From NCBI GenBank assembly GCA_013265495.1, contig MU057597.1, positions 560,207-624,206 of the forward strand: a stretch of DNA of 64,000 nucleotides, given 5' to 3'. Below are positions 1 through 11,560 of this stretch, in pieces (position 1 is the stretch's first letter; each line of letters opens with the position of its first letter). The notes under the pieces are model-generated. The model was not told where the DNA came from. It was given only the letters and a program-made list of their open reading frames with translations, and made no database searches. Position numbers and translations under genes: made by a program. The stretch comes from Vicugna vicugna (taxonomy: Eukaryota).

Positions 1-365
1 TGGAGACTGAGTTATCTCATTGGGAAGTTGCAGAAAGATTCAGCCAACATGTTCGTATGTGTTTAAGTTTTATTTTCTTTAATTGGCTTTATGTTAGCGT
101 AGTTGTTAAGCTCAGGGCAATAACGAGCAGAAGGTTCAGAGATTCCAAATATATGCCCTGCCCCTACATTGCACAACATCTCCCACTGGCAACATATGTA
201 TAAGTATTTCAAACAATATAAGTTGTTAAAATTATATAGTTATATATGCATCTTGTTAAAATCATAGGGAATGGCAAGGACCAAATTATGGTCTATTGTT
301 TCAGATCTGTACATTTGAGGTAGAGTAAAAGTGGGAAGGAATGGTAAACACCCGATACAACATTC

Positions 366-592
366 CATCCAATCAGGGGAGAGTGGGCGCTGATTAGATC
401 CCCAGACACTAGGCCAGGATTATGACATCAGCAAGGGAAATTCCAGGGGATCCTGAGACAGTATAAAGCCAGCACACGATCCAGTCTCTGGTCAGTGTCT
501 CTTCTGCTGTCATCCTGGTTACCACGCTGTCTCTAGTGGTTTTGCCCAGTGTCCACTTTTGTGGTGGCTCCAGACAGACGACAAAGACACAG
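366..592 (+). promoter_or_regulatory. TATA promoter and putative non-coding first exon (copy 1)
   Basis: CCAATC near 369, TGACATCA 423, GGGAAATTCC 435-444, TATAAAG 462-468, donor CAG|GTTAGT at 593. The motifs are conserved in copy 2. Confidence 0.6.
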
Positions 593-1076
593 GTTAGTTT
601 TCATGACTTTCTGGGGGCCTCTGTTTATTTTTCAGAAAACAGGAAAGTGGGAGAAATCTAGAGATGGACATTTTCGGTATTAAAGTAAGAATTTTAAAAT
701 TGTTTAATAGAATTTCTTAGCACTGACCCTGATTCACAAAATATTTCCAAAGTGTTATTTTTGAGACGAAGGTAAAAATTTCCACAAAAATGGTTACCCA
801 TCCCCTGATTTGTCTGCGGTGGTGAACATGGTACACAGGTTAGTTTTCATGACTTTCTGGGGGCCTCTGTTTATTTTTCAGAAAACAGGAAAGTGGGAGA
901 AATCTAGAGATGGACATTTTTGGTATTAAAGTAAGAATTTTAAAATTGTTTAATAGAATTTCTTAGCACTGACCCTGATTCACAAAATATTTCCAAAGTG
1001 TTATTTTTGAGACGAAGGTAAAAATTTCCACAAAAATGGTTACCCATCCCCTGATTTGTCTGCGGTGGTGAACATG
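587..1076 (+). repeat. Near-perfect tandem duplication, 244-bp unit, period 246
   Basis: 587-830 matches 833-1076 except C675/T921; 2-bp GT at the junction. Confidence 0.97.
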
Positions 1077-1629
1077 CATTGTGGGGGCATAATGAGGCCT
1101 ATGGCTTTAAAAAACTGTAAATGAGTTTTAAATTTATCATTTATCCTAGTGTATTCATCTATCAAGTGTATTCAACTTTTTGGGAGCTGCTTGAGATTCG
1201 GGAAACTGACCCTAAACCTATAAACGAAAGAGGGCATCACAATCCTGTTGCACTCTATTTATATTTTTATTAGATCCTATTTACTTATTTTTTGTTAACC
1301 AATTTCACTCTTTCAAAGGAGCTCCCTGTGAAAAATATGACTGGGCATAAAGCCTCAGGGCCCCTTCCCTTATTTGAAACTCAGAGAGGTGTGCTAGTCA
1401 GAAGTCTCCAGTTTCAAAACCCGTCTCCTGCGGCCTGTCAGTGAAGGTCAGGCTGTGCAGGTTCACTGCCCCACTCCTGGGGGAATTCTGTTCCCTAGCT
1501 GCTTTGAAAGACACCCCTGCCAACCCCAGAAAGGAGCTCTCCCACCTCCACAAAGGGTCCTAGACTGGGTTCTGGGGCCACTACCAAAACCTCTGCCACC
1601 ATCCAGAGTTACAAATTATGTGTTTGTGT

Positions 1630-2022
1630 GATGAGGGCTTTCAAGATCTACTCTCTTAGCAACCTTCAAATACACAATATTTGAAAGATAGTCACCGTGC
1701 TGTACATACATCTCTCTGACTTGTTTATTTTGTAACTGGAAGTTAGTACATTTTGACACCCCACCCCCGACACCACCAATCTGTTCTCTGCACCTATGAG
1801 TTCGTCTTTATGAAGATTCTACATATAAGTGAGATCGTACAGTATGTCTTTGTCTGGTTTATTTCACTCAGCATAATGCCCTGAACACCTATCCATGTCG
1901 TTACCAAGGGCAAGTTTCTACCCCTTTTTGTGGTTTAATAAGATTCCACTGATGTGTATACCACTTTTTCTTTATACATTCATCAACTGATTGACGCTAA
2001 GGTTGTTACTGTATCTTGGCTG
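1630..2022 (-). mobile_element. Old L1 (L1MA/MB-type) 3' UTR fragment
   Basis: Typical antisense L1 3' UTR text (ATCTACTCTCTTAGCAAC...CACCGTGCTGTACA...TTTATTTCACTCAGCATAATG). Confidence 0.8.
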
Positions 2023-2112
2023 AGCCTGGCTGTTCTCAGCCTTGGTTTTCACTGGTGCTTAGCAGGTTGGGATTTCCAAAACCCTGGCTGCCATTGAACT
2101 CCATTCCATGGG

Positions 2113-3130
2113 GCCTGGGTTATCTCATTGGCAAGATGCAGAAAGAGTCAGCCAGTATGTTGGTATATGAATAATTATTTTCTTAAAATAGGCTTTATTT
2201 TTCAGAGAAGTTTAGTGCTCAGAGCAACAGCGAGCAGAAGGTTCAGAGATTTCCTATATATGCCCCGCCCCCACACATGCACAACCTGGCCCAGTGGCAA
2301 CATATGTATAAGTATTTTAAACACTATATATTGTTTAAATTATATAGTTATATGTGTATCTTTTTAAAATCATAGGGAATGGCAAGGACCACATTATAGT
2401 GCATTGTTTCAGATCTATAAGTTTGGGATAAAGTGAGAGTGGGAAGAAGCAGTAAACCCCGGTACAACATTCCATCCAATCAAGGGATGGTGGGCGGTGA
2501 CTAGATCCCCGGAGATTAGGTGAGGATGGTACGTCAGCTGGAGGGAGATTCCAGGGCGTCCTGAGACAGTATAAAGCCCAGCAGAAGGGTTTTCTGGTCA
2601 GTTGTCTCTTCTCCAGTCACCCTGGTAACTGTTCGGTCCTTGTGGGTTTGTGGAGTATCCACATAGCTGAACTGCTCTGGAATAGCAAGAAGACAGGTTG
2701 TTTTCCTTACTATCTGGGGCCTCCGTGTATCCCTCAGAGAAACAGGAGAGTGGGGAAAATGTAGAGATGGCCATTTTAGGTGCTAAGGTAAGGATTAGTT
2801 AATTGTTTAATAGAATTACTTGGCACTGATCCTGAGTCACAAAATATTTCCAAAATGTTAATTTTGAGATGAAGGTCAAAATTGCCCCCTCCCCCTAAAA
2901 AGACTCCCCAAACCTCAAAAAACAAAACAAAACAACAACCAAAAGAAACGGTCACCAAGCACGTGATTTGTCTGAGGTGGTGGACAAGCATTATGGAGCC
3001 TGGTGTCTTTGACTGAGGGCGTTTAAAAACTGAGAATGATTTACGGATTCATCATTTATCCTAGTGCATTTATGAGAACTTGTCTGGAGCCGGTTGAAAT
3101 TTGGGTCCCTGACCCTAAGCCTGTTAAAAA
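2113..3130 (+). repeat. Segmental paralog (copy 2) of 1-1230, without the internal tandem duplication
   Basis: Colinear with copy 1; has a single copy of the 244-bp unit (about 2692-2990). Confidence 0.9.
2475..2696 (+). promoter_or_regulatory. TATA promoter and putative non-coding first exon (copy 2)
   Basis: CCAATC, GGGCGG, ACGTCA, GGGAGATTCC 2543-2552, TATAAAG 2570-2576, donor CAG|GTTGTT at 2697. Confidence 0.55.
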
Positions 3131-3941
3131 AAAAAAATGGAGCGGCACCTCAGGTGTGGAGCTCCCAGTCCACTGTGGAGGCAAGAGTTCTTCTACCTTA
3201 GTTTGTGGTTGGGACGTTTCCTACCTACTGGAGTTTGGTCAATTTAAAATTGAAAGAGGAAAGCATACTTTATTCCAAACATTGAAATACGTCAGCCCCA
3301 AAATGAGTTGTAGTAGGTCCTGATCCTTTCTTTCCTGTTTCTATGGCAATAATGTCTTTTCTTTTTTTGAATATGAACCTTATGATACATATTATTGTCA
3401 TTTTACGACAGCCTGGGCAAAGGTTATTTTCTTGTTGCAAACTATTTGTATTTCCATTAGATCCTACTCATTTTTTAGTTAATCAATTCCATCTTCATTT
3501 CCTTTTTTATAATCTTTCTTCTCTCTCCAATTTCAAACACTTTGGGTAAATTTCATTTGTTTATAATGTGTCCATTTAGATTAAGGAATTCCCCCGAACT
3601 CAAGTTTTTTTCCTGTCCTTAATTTTTGATTCGAAATGCTTTATTTTTCCCTTATGATTTCCACTTTAATTTCATTTATGATTTTAAAGAGTTTCATTTC
3701 AGAAATTTCTGGAAACATATTTCACAGTTTAAAAAATCCTAATGTTATATAGAAATTTAGAAGTGTAGTTGCATCTAATTTTCTTAAAATGTGACAAAGG
3801 GTGACTGTAGGGTGTAAATATCCAGTTTTCAAGTACATTGAATTTTCTTCAAGATCAATTACATGATCACTTTTCCCAAGTGTTTTATGGTATATTACAT
3901 AAAGTCTCTAAAGAAGGACTCTGCATTTAATGAATATGATA

Positions 3942-4462
3942 TGTTATGTACTTGATGGGGAAAAAATCACAAATTTCTTAATGGCAAGACAATCTAGTTC
4001 AGAATTGAAGCACACATAGGATGTCTCCACATGCCTTTGTGACTGTCTTTTCCCAATATGCATCCACATTGTACAATAACCACACCTCCTGAAGACCAAG
4101 GGATATAATCAAACGTTGTGAAAAACAGTCCTTTTCATATGCCAGCACTGTAACTCCTAAGATGAATATTTCCATTCTATCCTGTACATGGGGTGTTGTT
4201 GACCTGTAGGTTTGTTCTCTACGTGCGTACGTCACCAAAATATCTCTGATGAAATTTAGATATAACATATACCTGTTAAGATGATACATTATTCCTTGTC
4301 TTGAAAATGTATAAAACTGCCTCTCTGACTCCTGACCCAGGGAACAGTTCTCACAGCTTCTGAGAGTCTGTCTCCTGGGTCATAACGCTCAGTTTGACTG
4401 GAATAAATTACTCCTTTTTTCTTCTTAGCTTGATTGAATTGTTAATTAAATTTTTATTGACA
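3942..4462 (+). mobile_element. ERV1-type solo LTR (5' boundary approximate)
   Basis: TG...TTGACA ends, TATAAAA near 4310, AATAAA near 4403, typical U5 text. Confidence 0.6.
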
Positions 4463-4574
4463 TAGTGGAGTAACTTAACAAAAACATCACCTTATTTTTT
4501 CATTGCTTGGTGCTCTGTTTCTCGCAGAAGAATATATATATGTAGTTTGTCGGGGAAAGGGTGGCAATTAGACA

Positions 4575-4656
4575 TTTTTAGAGGAGGTACTGGGGGTTGA
4601 ACCCAGGACTTTGTGCGTGCTAAGCAGGCACCCAACCACTTGTGCTATACCCTCCT
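4575..4656 (-). mobile_element. tRNA-derived camelid SINE (Vic-1 type)
   Basis: Minus strand GGAGGGTATAGCACAAGTGG...GTCCTGGGTTCAACCCCCAGTACCTCC plus A tail; A and B boxes. Confidence 0.85.
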
Positions 4657-6372
4657 CTACATACATGTGGTTTGAATAAAAGGTAATAGGTGAGATGGTG
4701 GGCAGAGAAGAGTGATGAGACTTGACTGCATCCTGTATTTGGGAGATTCCAGGGATGTACAAAATTCAACGGTTTCATTTTCTTCCCTCCAGAGAGAAAG
4801 AGCGCCCCTGGGAGAGCGCCCGCAGTGATGGACCCCGGCACACTTTCAATGGAACAGGGCAAAGCCTTCTTAAAGCAAGCTGGGATTCCGCAGAGAGACG
4901 TAAGTGAGGGAGATGTTAGTTTGAGTGAATGAGATGCAGAGGGATGAGGTGAGCTCCCAGTCCGGTGTCAGAGCTCAGGCAGTTTCCCCCTTGACCAGGG
5001 GTGGAATCTGGTGATTGACAACATGGGCGGATGGACGCTGGGTGATCACAGAGGACATGCAGTTATCAGATGGGAGGGGCACATGCAGCCCCAGTTCCCG
5101 GCTGGGGATCGCCAGCATTCTCTCGGCACTCAGCTCTCACCCCTTGCTGCCTGCCACCTGGGGTCATGAGCAAGCTCACTGTGGGATTGGAGGAAAGAGC
5201 CTTTACACTCTGATTAGCATTGGATGAAAGAACTCAGGAAACTGGGAGCTTTCTTCATCTTGTGTCACTCCAGGGCTTCTTCCTGTGTGCAGAACTCTAA
5301 TTGAATCTTTATCCTCTTTCATCGCTATCAGATCAACTTGATGACAGAGAAATGGATAGTTGATGCCTCTGTGGAGGTTCTGCTACGGTTTCCTCTGTTG
5401 CCGGGAGAGGATCCAACGGCCCGCTGTGTCCCGAGTAAGAAGGGCCAGCCTTCGGTGGACCAGCTTCCCAGAGCCCCCCAGAGACCTGGAGCCCGAGGGG
5501 AGAGGTAGGCGCACGGTGTCAGGCGGTGACGTGGGTGGAGCCTGGAGGGATTCCAGCAGGGCATGGGTGTGGGCTGTCGATTCTCCTGAGCAGACTTTCG
5601 ATTCATGTGTCCCTGTATAACACAGGCTTTTATCTGTGAGTTGCCTGGTGTGAATTTGCACATACATGTGAGCTTGCACGGGCATCCTCAGATTGCTTGT
5701 TCCTCTGTGGCTTTGTGCAAGCCTCTGATGAAATTTGGCATGTGGTTATGAGGCCATGTCTGAAATTTCACAGGTGATCATCAGCTTAAGTATCAAATCT
5801 TTCAGAGCTTTGCCAGAAGAACTGGCAGGTTTTCTCAGTAAGAAGCTGCTCTATGAGAATTCCGAGTTTTCTGGAAATACGTGGGGGAAAGGTCAATAGT
5901 AGTTGGCTGCCTGTGTATTCACTTTCATAAATGCTGGTAGACGGTTAAATGTTGGAGGGAGTGCCTGACCCAAAACCCAGAACACAGGCGCAGGTTACAT
6001 GGAGCTTGTCAGGGAGAAAGAGTACAAGCAGCCCTGACCACAGGCAAGTCTCCAAAAGCAGGCATTCAGGGCTGCAAATTTAATTTCACTGTTTGTTCAT
6101 CCAGTGGTCTTTTCTCAGGCAGTGTCCTATTCTGGGAGTAAATAATGTTGGGAAAAGATGACAAGTGTCACAAAATGGGACATCAGTTCATGAGCAGACC
6201 AGCTCATAGTGGGTGTGACTTAGTGGGTGTGACTCAGTGAGCCCTGTCATCTACTCAGAGAGGTAAGGGCAGGATGGCTTCTGTCCCTGTATCTCCATGG
6301 TATTATTTTTTTCGTGTGTCTAGAAAATACAACAGTCAATTCCCAAGGAAGAATGACCAGAAGCCCAAGGAT

Positions 6373-6501
6373 ATGAGGCAGATAAAAAGTCACTACATTC
6401 ACAATCCGCCCCTAAGACCCCCTACGTCCCAGAATGAGAAGGTGCTACAGAGGGGACCGGTGAGGCAGAGGACCCCCTTTCCAGAAGAGACGGATACCAA
6501 G
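6373..6501 (+). CDS. FAM90A: FAM90A coding exon 1 (MRQIKSHY...QRGPVRQRTPFPEETDTK)
   Basis: Resembles human FAM90A QRRAPVGPRAPPPDEEDPR; acceptor at 6323, donor AAG|GTAAGT, phase 0. Confidence 0.8.
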
Positions 6502-6957
6502 GTAAGTGGAAGCGTGGATATTTTAAGAACCAGGGGGTCTGCATGAATCCCAAAGAGTGTTTTTTTCCATGGAAACGTCTATCTTATGACGCAACTGCTC
6601 TTCCATATCCAGGGCTACACTGGTTTGTAGTATCCTCGTCTGATGATTGGCCCATCAGATCCTCTGAGGAGTAATCTTATTCCCTATTTAGTGTCATGTC
6701 CAGCTTGGTGTTTGTCCAAGGCCCCAAATCTGGTTCATTTCTCCCATCTTTAGACACTCAATTCTTTTCCCCTTGATCTCCCTCTAAAATGCTCTGTGGG
6801 CAGCACCAGAGTATCTCGAATTTCCTGGTGGTTATGTTCTCTGTCCTCTATCCCAAACTCATATCCAGCGTCAAAACTCTGTCCAACATAAGAAATCTGA
6901 AACAGTGCCTGCGTTCAGGGCAGCACCTGGGTCTGTGAGAAATCCACGTGGAATGGC

Positions 6958-7105
6958 ACAGTCAGCCCCTAGCCCTTTGTAACCAAGGTTCCCCATCCAC
7001 GGATTCAACCAACTTTGGGTCCTGTAGTGAGCACTACAGTACATATTGATGAAAAGTATCTGAGCAGAAGTGGACCTGCCCAGGTCCAGCCCACCTTGCC
7101 CAACT
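6958..7105. mobile_element. TcMar-Tigger MITE (MER2/MER8-like)
   Basis: CAGTCAGCCC start, GGTTCCCCATCCACGGATTCAACCAAC and AAGTGGACCTGC motifs. Confidence 0.65.
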
Positions 7106-7171
7106 ATCATCCTTTGAAAGTTGCCTGTGATTCCTGTGGACTCACTGCCCACCCTCCTCCTCTGCCCACAG

Positions 7172-7368
7172 GTGAAGTGTAGGAAGTGTGGAGCCTTTGG
7201 GCACTTGGCCATCAGCAAGTGGTGCCCCAGCAAGTGCTGGAGTGGGGCCCCTGCTGCTCAGCCTTTGGGCTCCAAGAATAAGGAGAATCTGGAACCCAAG
7301 AAGCCCCAAGACATCCAGACTCCGGGATCCTTTACCAAACCTGTCAGAGAGATGGAACCAAGACGGAG
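7172..7368 (+). CDS. FAM90A: FAM90A coding exon 2, zinc knuckle (VKCRKCGAFGHLAISKWCP...KENLEP)
   Basis: Matches FAM90A KCKNCGAFGHTARSTRCP...KENLKP; CAG| acceptor, |GTGAGG donor, phase 2. Confidence 0.92.
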
Positions 7369-7837
7369 GTGAGGTGTCCAGGGCCAGATGACCCGGGCAG
7401 TGGAGCTGAGGGGTGCTGTCCTACACAGCTGCCCCAGGTGCAGGGAGGGTGACTCAAAAGACATGGACAGGAGCCTTGTGCCCTGCAGGGCTGCACACTC
7501 AGAGCTAATTCTAGTCCTGAGACTCCTGGGAATCACTAAGGGGGAAGGGCCAGAAACTATCCGGGCAGGATGCACGGGGCAGGCGGAGAGGCAGTTGCGT
7601 CTATGTGAGTGTATTTAATGAGGAAAGCAGAGTGGGGAAGCGGGTGCTCCCGGGAAGGAGGGGCTGCCTCTGACGTGATGGAAGGACTTGCCTTTGCTAA
7701 GGTCTCAGGAGCCTGGATGCCTCCATCACCCCCAAACAAGGGTGGGGACTGGGCTCTGGGAGTGTTCTTGGTCCCCAGTCACCAGTGAGGACAGGAAGGT
7801 GGGGGCATCCAGACACTTAATGTGAACCATCCTGCAG

Positions 7838-7946
7838 GCCACAAGAGCAGCAGAGAAATCCTCTCGCACGAAACATTCCCAGAAGACCCCAAGAGGAAAA
7901 ACAGAGACTCTGCACGGAATCCACGGAGCCGTGTCCCTTTGTGAGG
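7838..7946 (+). CDS. FAM90A: FAM90A coding exon 3 (PQEQQRNPL...STEPCPFVR)
   Basis: Similar to human QQDPQRKAL...STESSDYLR; GT-AG, phases fit. Confidence 0.85.
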
Positions 7947-8697
7947 GTGAGTCTTGCCCCTGCTGCCTTGCTCTGTTTCCCGTCTCAGTCCCCGTTTTGC
8001 TTCACTTCTGTGTCCCTCATGGGTGCGGGGTTATGTTAAACCCAGGCTGGCCTCTAGGAGTCCTGTTTCATTTCTGTATTTTTCATATTCCAATTTATTT
8101 TGAACTTTTTTCCTATTTTGTGCAAGAGGACCAGCGAATGCTCGTGGAGGCATTTCAGTGCACGTGTGAAGTGTTTTATCAGATGCCTTCTCTGACTTTA
8201 TGTCAAGGCATCTTTTAACTTGTAAATTCTCCCAAATGCCCCCAAACCGATAGACACTGTTGACATTCTTCACATCGTGTAGGGAAATGTTCTAAACCTT
8301 GACCTTAACAGCAGACAATATTGGGAAAGTTTTTATTGTCTGTTCTGACAGGCAAACCACTCAGATTAATATTGTAATTTTTCCCCTTGACCACATCTGA
8401 GGGGGGTACCTCTTCAAGTGTGTAATGATCATTTGCATGATTATTTCTGTAAAATTTAACTTTGCATGTGTGGTTTATTTCTACTGGGTTGTTTTCTTCC
8501 TCCTGTTGTAGAAAAGATCCTAGGGTATATTGCTAACTTCCCCGTTTTGTTTCAGTCTGCCAGTTTTTCTCTGTCCTAAATTGTTTATCATTTTCCTGTG
8601 TTCCATTAGGCTGTGGTTGAAATTGTCGGTCCTGGACTGCATCCAGTTTGCTAATTCTGACTCCTGAGGTGTCTAAATGATGTTCTCTCTCCCACAG

Positions 8698-8799
8698 CGT
8701 CCCACCCGGCCAATGCCTGTCCAAACGTCCAGGAAGAGGTCTGTCCCGGGCCCTGTTGTCACAGGTCAGCCGCCGGTCAAGAGACCTGCTGTGAAATGA
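8698..8799 (+). CDS. FAM90A: FAM90A last exon, open part (RPTRPMPVQTSRKR...AVK*) ending in a premature TGA
   Basis: Matches GPMPVHTTSKR; TGA 8797-8799; homology continues out of frame to about 9500. Confidence 0.8.
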   Translation, partial: RPTRPMPVQTSRKRSVPGPVVTGQPPVKRPAVK

Positions 8800-10426
8800 T
8801 TCTGCCCTACACCGTCTCTCAAGAAAGCACCTGAACTGGGTGCTTGTGAACCGAAGACTTGAGGTGGTCTTTAGTGCCTCACCCGTCAGGCTCTATGGAG
8901 CTTCCACCAGGAAGTACAAGGCAAACTTCCTGGTGTGGAGTCATAGCCTAGTTGACAGTCTGCCACACAACAGTGTGGCCACAACTCTAAATTTAGCATC
9001 CAGGCATGAGATGAGAAGTCTTCCCACGTCCCCATCCAGACTTACCAGAATCCTCTCCCCAAAGGCACTCAGCCTATCCTCAGCCTCCCAGCCCAGATCG
9101 CAGTGGCCTGGTCTGGGGCTGTCAGGCATTTCAGCTTCCCCTCAGGACACCTGGACCTGGATCCAAACAATCGGCCCACATGACCAGGAAGACACCAGCC
9201 TGATACCCAGCTTTGACCTTCAGGCTCCACCCAACTCAACTTGCCTGAGTCCAGTCGAGATCCGCACTGTCTCCAACCCCGACCATGAATATTTCAGGCG
9301 AGCTGGACAGAACTGTCTGTATGAGATGGAAGACGGGATGGTCAAACTTTGAACCTCAACTGCTCCCACCTCCTTTTTCTCAAGAAGCCTACACTTGTTG
9401 GTCAGAGCCCTGGCATCACGGAGGAGTCTGAGGGACAGGTTTTTCAGTCCCATTAAGCGTCCTCTGCAAGGACCTCCTGGTCTCTCCCCTCCCTGAGTGA
9501 CTGTCAGTCTGCCATGGACAGAAGGCTGGGTGTCAGGTCTCGTGTGACTGGGAAGGGACGGAAAGACTGAGGACTGAAACGGTGTAGGCGCACCTGTATC
9601 CATGAGTCAGCACTTCCCCAGGTGGTGCCTGAGCCAATGCTGCAACTCCCAACAATATTGGGAGTTAGGAGACAGCCTGTAAATTTTGTAAATGTATGTT
9701 GTATTTAAAATGGAGTTTGTGAAATTGTCAAGCGTAGTTATTTGTAAGTTAGGTATATAAGAAACAGTCAACACAAGGCAACTGTGTTATATTATAATGT
9801 CAGTAGAGAGCTGTGAAATTCATCTGTACGGCTGAGTAAATGACTCACATTTGGGCAAGTGGGCAAAGGCCTTTTTATGATTTTGGAAAATGTTTGCACC
9901 TTGTAAACAACGTCCTTTTTGAGTGTTGGATTTTTGACTCTGAGGAAGAGTTTTAGTGGAAGCTCTCTTTACCTCGTTTAATGGGAAATACTCTCTTCCC
10001 TTTGTAGATTTTGATATTAAAAGCCATTGCAATATCATGTTTGATTGATTTCTTTCAATATGAATAAAATTTCTCTTGAAATGGAACATACATTGCAGGT
10101 GTTTTGATTTTTTCCTTATCATCTCAGGTCAGTTTTCTTTATTTTTCTTCCTCAAATTTTATTGAGCTGAGTAAAGAGGACTTGGGTCCATACAGTGAAA
10201 TCCAGGGACCTGTAGCTTTTAAGAAATACAAATCCTCAGGCACAAACCAGCTCTTCCAAACCAGGCACTTACTAAGAATTCCAGGTGTTTGCCATTTAGG
10301 CTGAAGTGTGATGACCACAAAAATAAACGATCTCAGTCTGCACAGCAGAATCACACAGTGAACTTGAAAGCTGTAATGACTCTTTCCTTCCCCCAGGCAT
10401 AAGCATCCACTGGGTTTGGCTTGAGA

Positions 10427-11112
10427 TGTGGGCTGAGATCATTGAAAATATGTATATTGGTCTCTGTCCCCACATCCCGGCTCAGAGCTTGTAAAACTCA
10501 TTGTCAGCCGAGGGGGGGCTGAAGACGGATCCGAGGAGGTGAGCTGCCCAACCGGAAGAAAGCGCGAGGAGCCGACAAGGAGCAAAACGGCACTTCACTG
10601 CAGTACAAGCGGGTGGCGCGCGCTCGGGTGCAGGTGCTTGGCCTCTTATTACGCCCGCGCATGCGTGTGTTCATAACGCTGGCTCATGCCACTAGCGCAT
10701 GCGTACATTTACTTCTCAGCTCACACACATGCAAGTTGTTGTGAGCTTTGACCTGGGTCCCACGACCTGCTCACTTAAGACTGCCGACACGCGTGTAAAT
10801 TCCTAACTGATAAGAGTAACCAGGAGCATATATTGAAATGACCTGAGTGGGGCTCCTATATGGAGGCTGATCAGTAGAAAGACCAAACCATGATTAGAAG
10901 CTTGGAGTTTTCAGCCCTACCCTCATCTTCTAGAGAGGGGAGATGAGCTAGGAAAGGACTTAATAATTGGCCATGCCTATGTGAGGAAGCCTTCCCAAGA
11001 TTCCAATTGTAGGGATTTCGATGAGCTTCCAGAGTGGCAAACACACGCACACTGGGAGGAGAAAGCAACCCAACGCCACAGGCACAGAAGCTTCTGCGAT
11101 GGGGACCCTCTC
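10427..11112 (+). mobile_element. MER21-like LTR interrupted by a nested element
   Basis: TGTGGGCTGAG start and GGTCTCTGTCCCC...AAAAC|GTAAATTCCTAACTGATAAGAG continuity across the insert. Confidence 0.6.
10502..10789 (-). mobile_element. Short CpG-rich solo LTR (288 bp)
   Basis: TG...CA ends with imperfect inverted termini (TGTCAGCCG / CTGCCGACA), degenerate 5-bp TSD CTCAT/CGCGT, sharp CpG enrichment. Strand inferred from TATA-like TAATAAG on minus. Confidence 0.7.
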
Positions 11113-11448
11113 AGAAGGAAGGAACTACACAAGACATGGAAAACGGAGTTTTTCCTTATTTAAGTGGGCATAAGGATTCTTAAACACACTGTACTTATTT
11201 GTAACATCCTCACTGGAAGGAGAGGGCAAAGATAATGCCCCAGTAAACTATCTTCTCTTTTTCATTTTTTGGGGAAACTCTGTCCTGAATCAACAAGAGT
11301 AAATGGCTCAGAGCAAACCAAAATGCTGATTCAGGAGAGGGTAGCGGAGAGGCAGCCAAGTGAGGAGACAGGGGGACAAGTCTCAGATCTGCCTCCAGAA
11401 AGGAAAGGGGCTTGTGGTACTTTAGGGATAAAGAGTAGAGAAGCAAGA

Positions 11449-11560
11449 GGAGGAGGATACAGCTCAGTGGTAGAGTGCCTGCTTGGCACACACAAGGTAC
11501 TGGGTTCAATCCCCAGTACCTCCATCAAGGGATGAACAAAGAAACCTAATTACCTCCCCC
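11449..11560 (+). mobile_element. Camelid tRNA-derived SINE
   Basis: GGAGGATACAGCTCAGTGGTAGAGTGCCTGC...GGGTTCAATCCCCAGTACCTCC. Confidence 0.88.

Larger units (their letters stand above)
1..1230 (+). repeat. Segmental paralog (copy 1) of 2113-3130: old L1 3' fragment, promoter, first exon and intron start
   Basis: Colinear similarity throughout, e.g. GTTATCTCATTGG at 11 and 2119, CAACATTCCATCCAATCA, CCTGAGACAGTATAAAGCC, TGACCCTAA. Confidence 0.9.
4760..10090 (+). pseudogene. FAM90A: FAM90A-family gene with introns and a disrupted last exon (FAM90A27P-like)
   Basis: Putative UTR exons ~4760-4899 (GTAAGT) and 5332-5504; coding exons 6373-6501, 7172-7368, 7838-7946 and 8698 onward, all GT-AG and in phase. 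TGA at 8797, then frameshifted FAM90A C-terminal motifs (PSFDLQAPP, QSPGITEESEG, SVLCKDLLVS). AATAAA 10063-10068. Confidence 0.88.

Noticed and set aside
8840..9352. 170-aa ORF as an independent gene
   Set aside because: GTG start; it is a frame-shifted piece of the FAM90A last exon.
11449..11525. tRNA genes (also 4575, 16947, 29445, 55744)
   Set aside because: A and B boxes are present but stems are degenerate and A-rich tails follow; these are SINEs.
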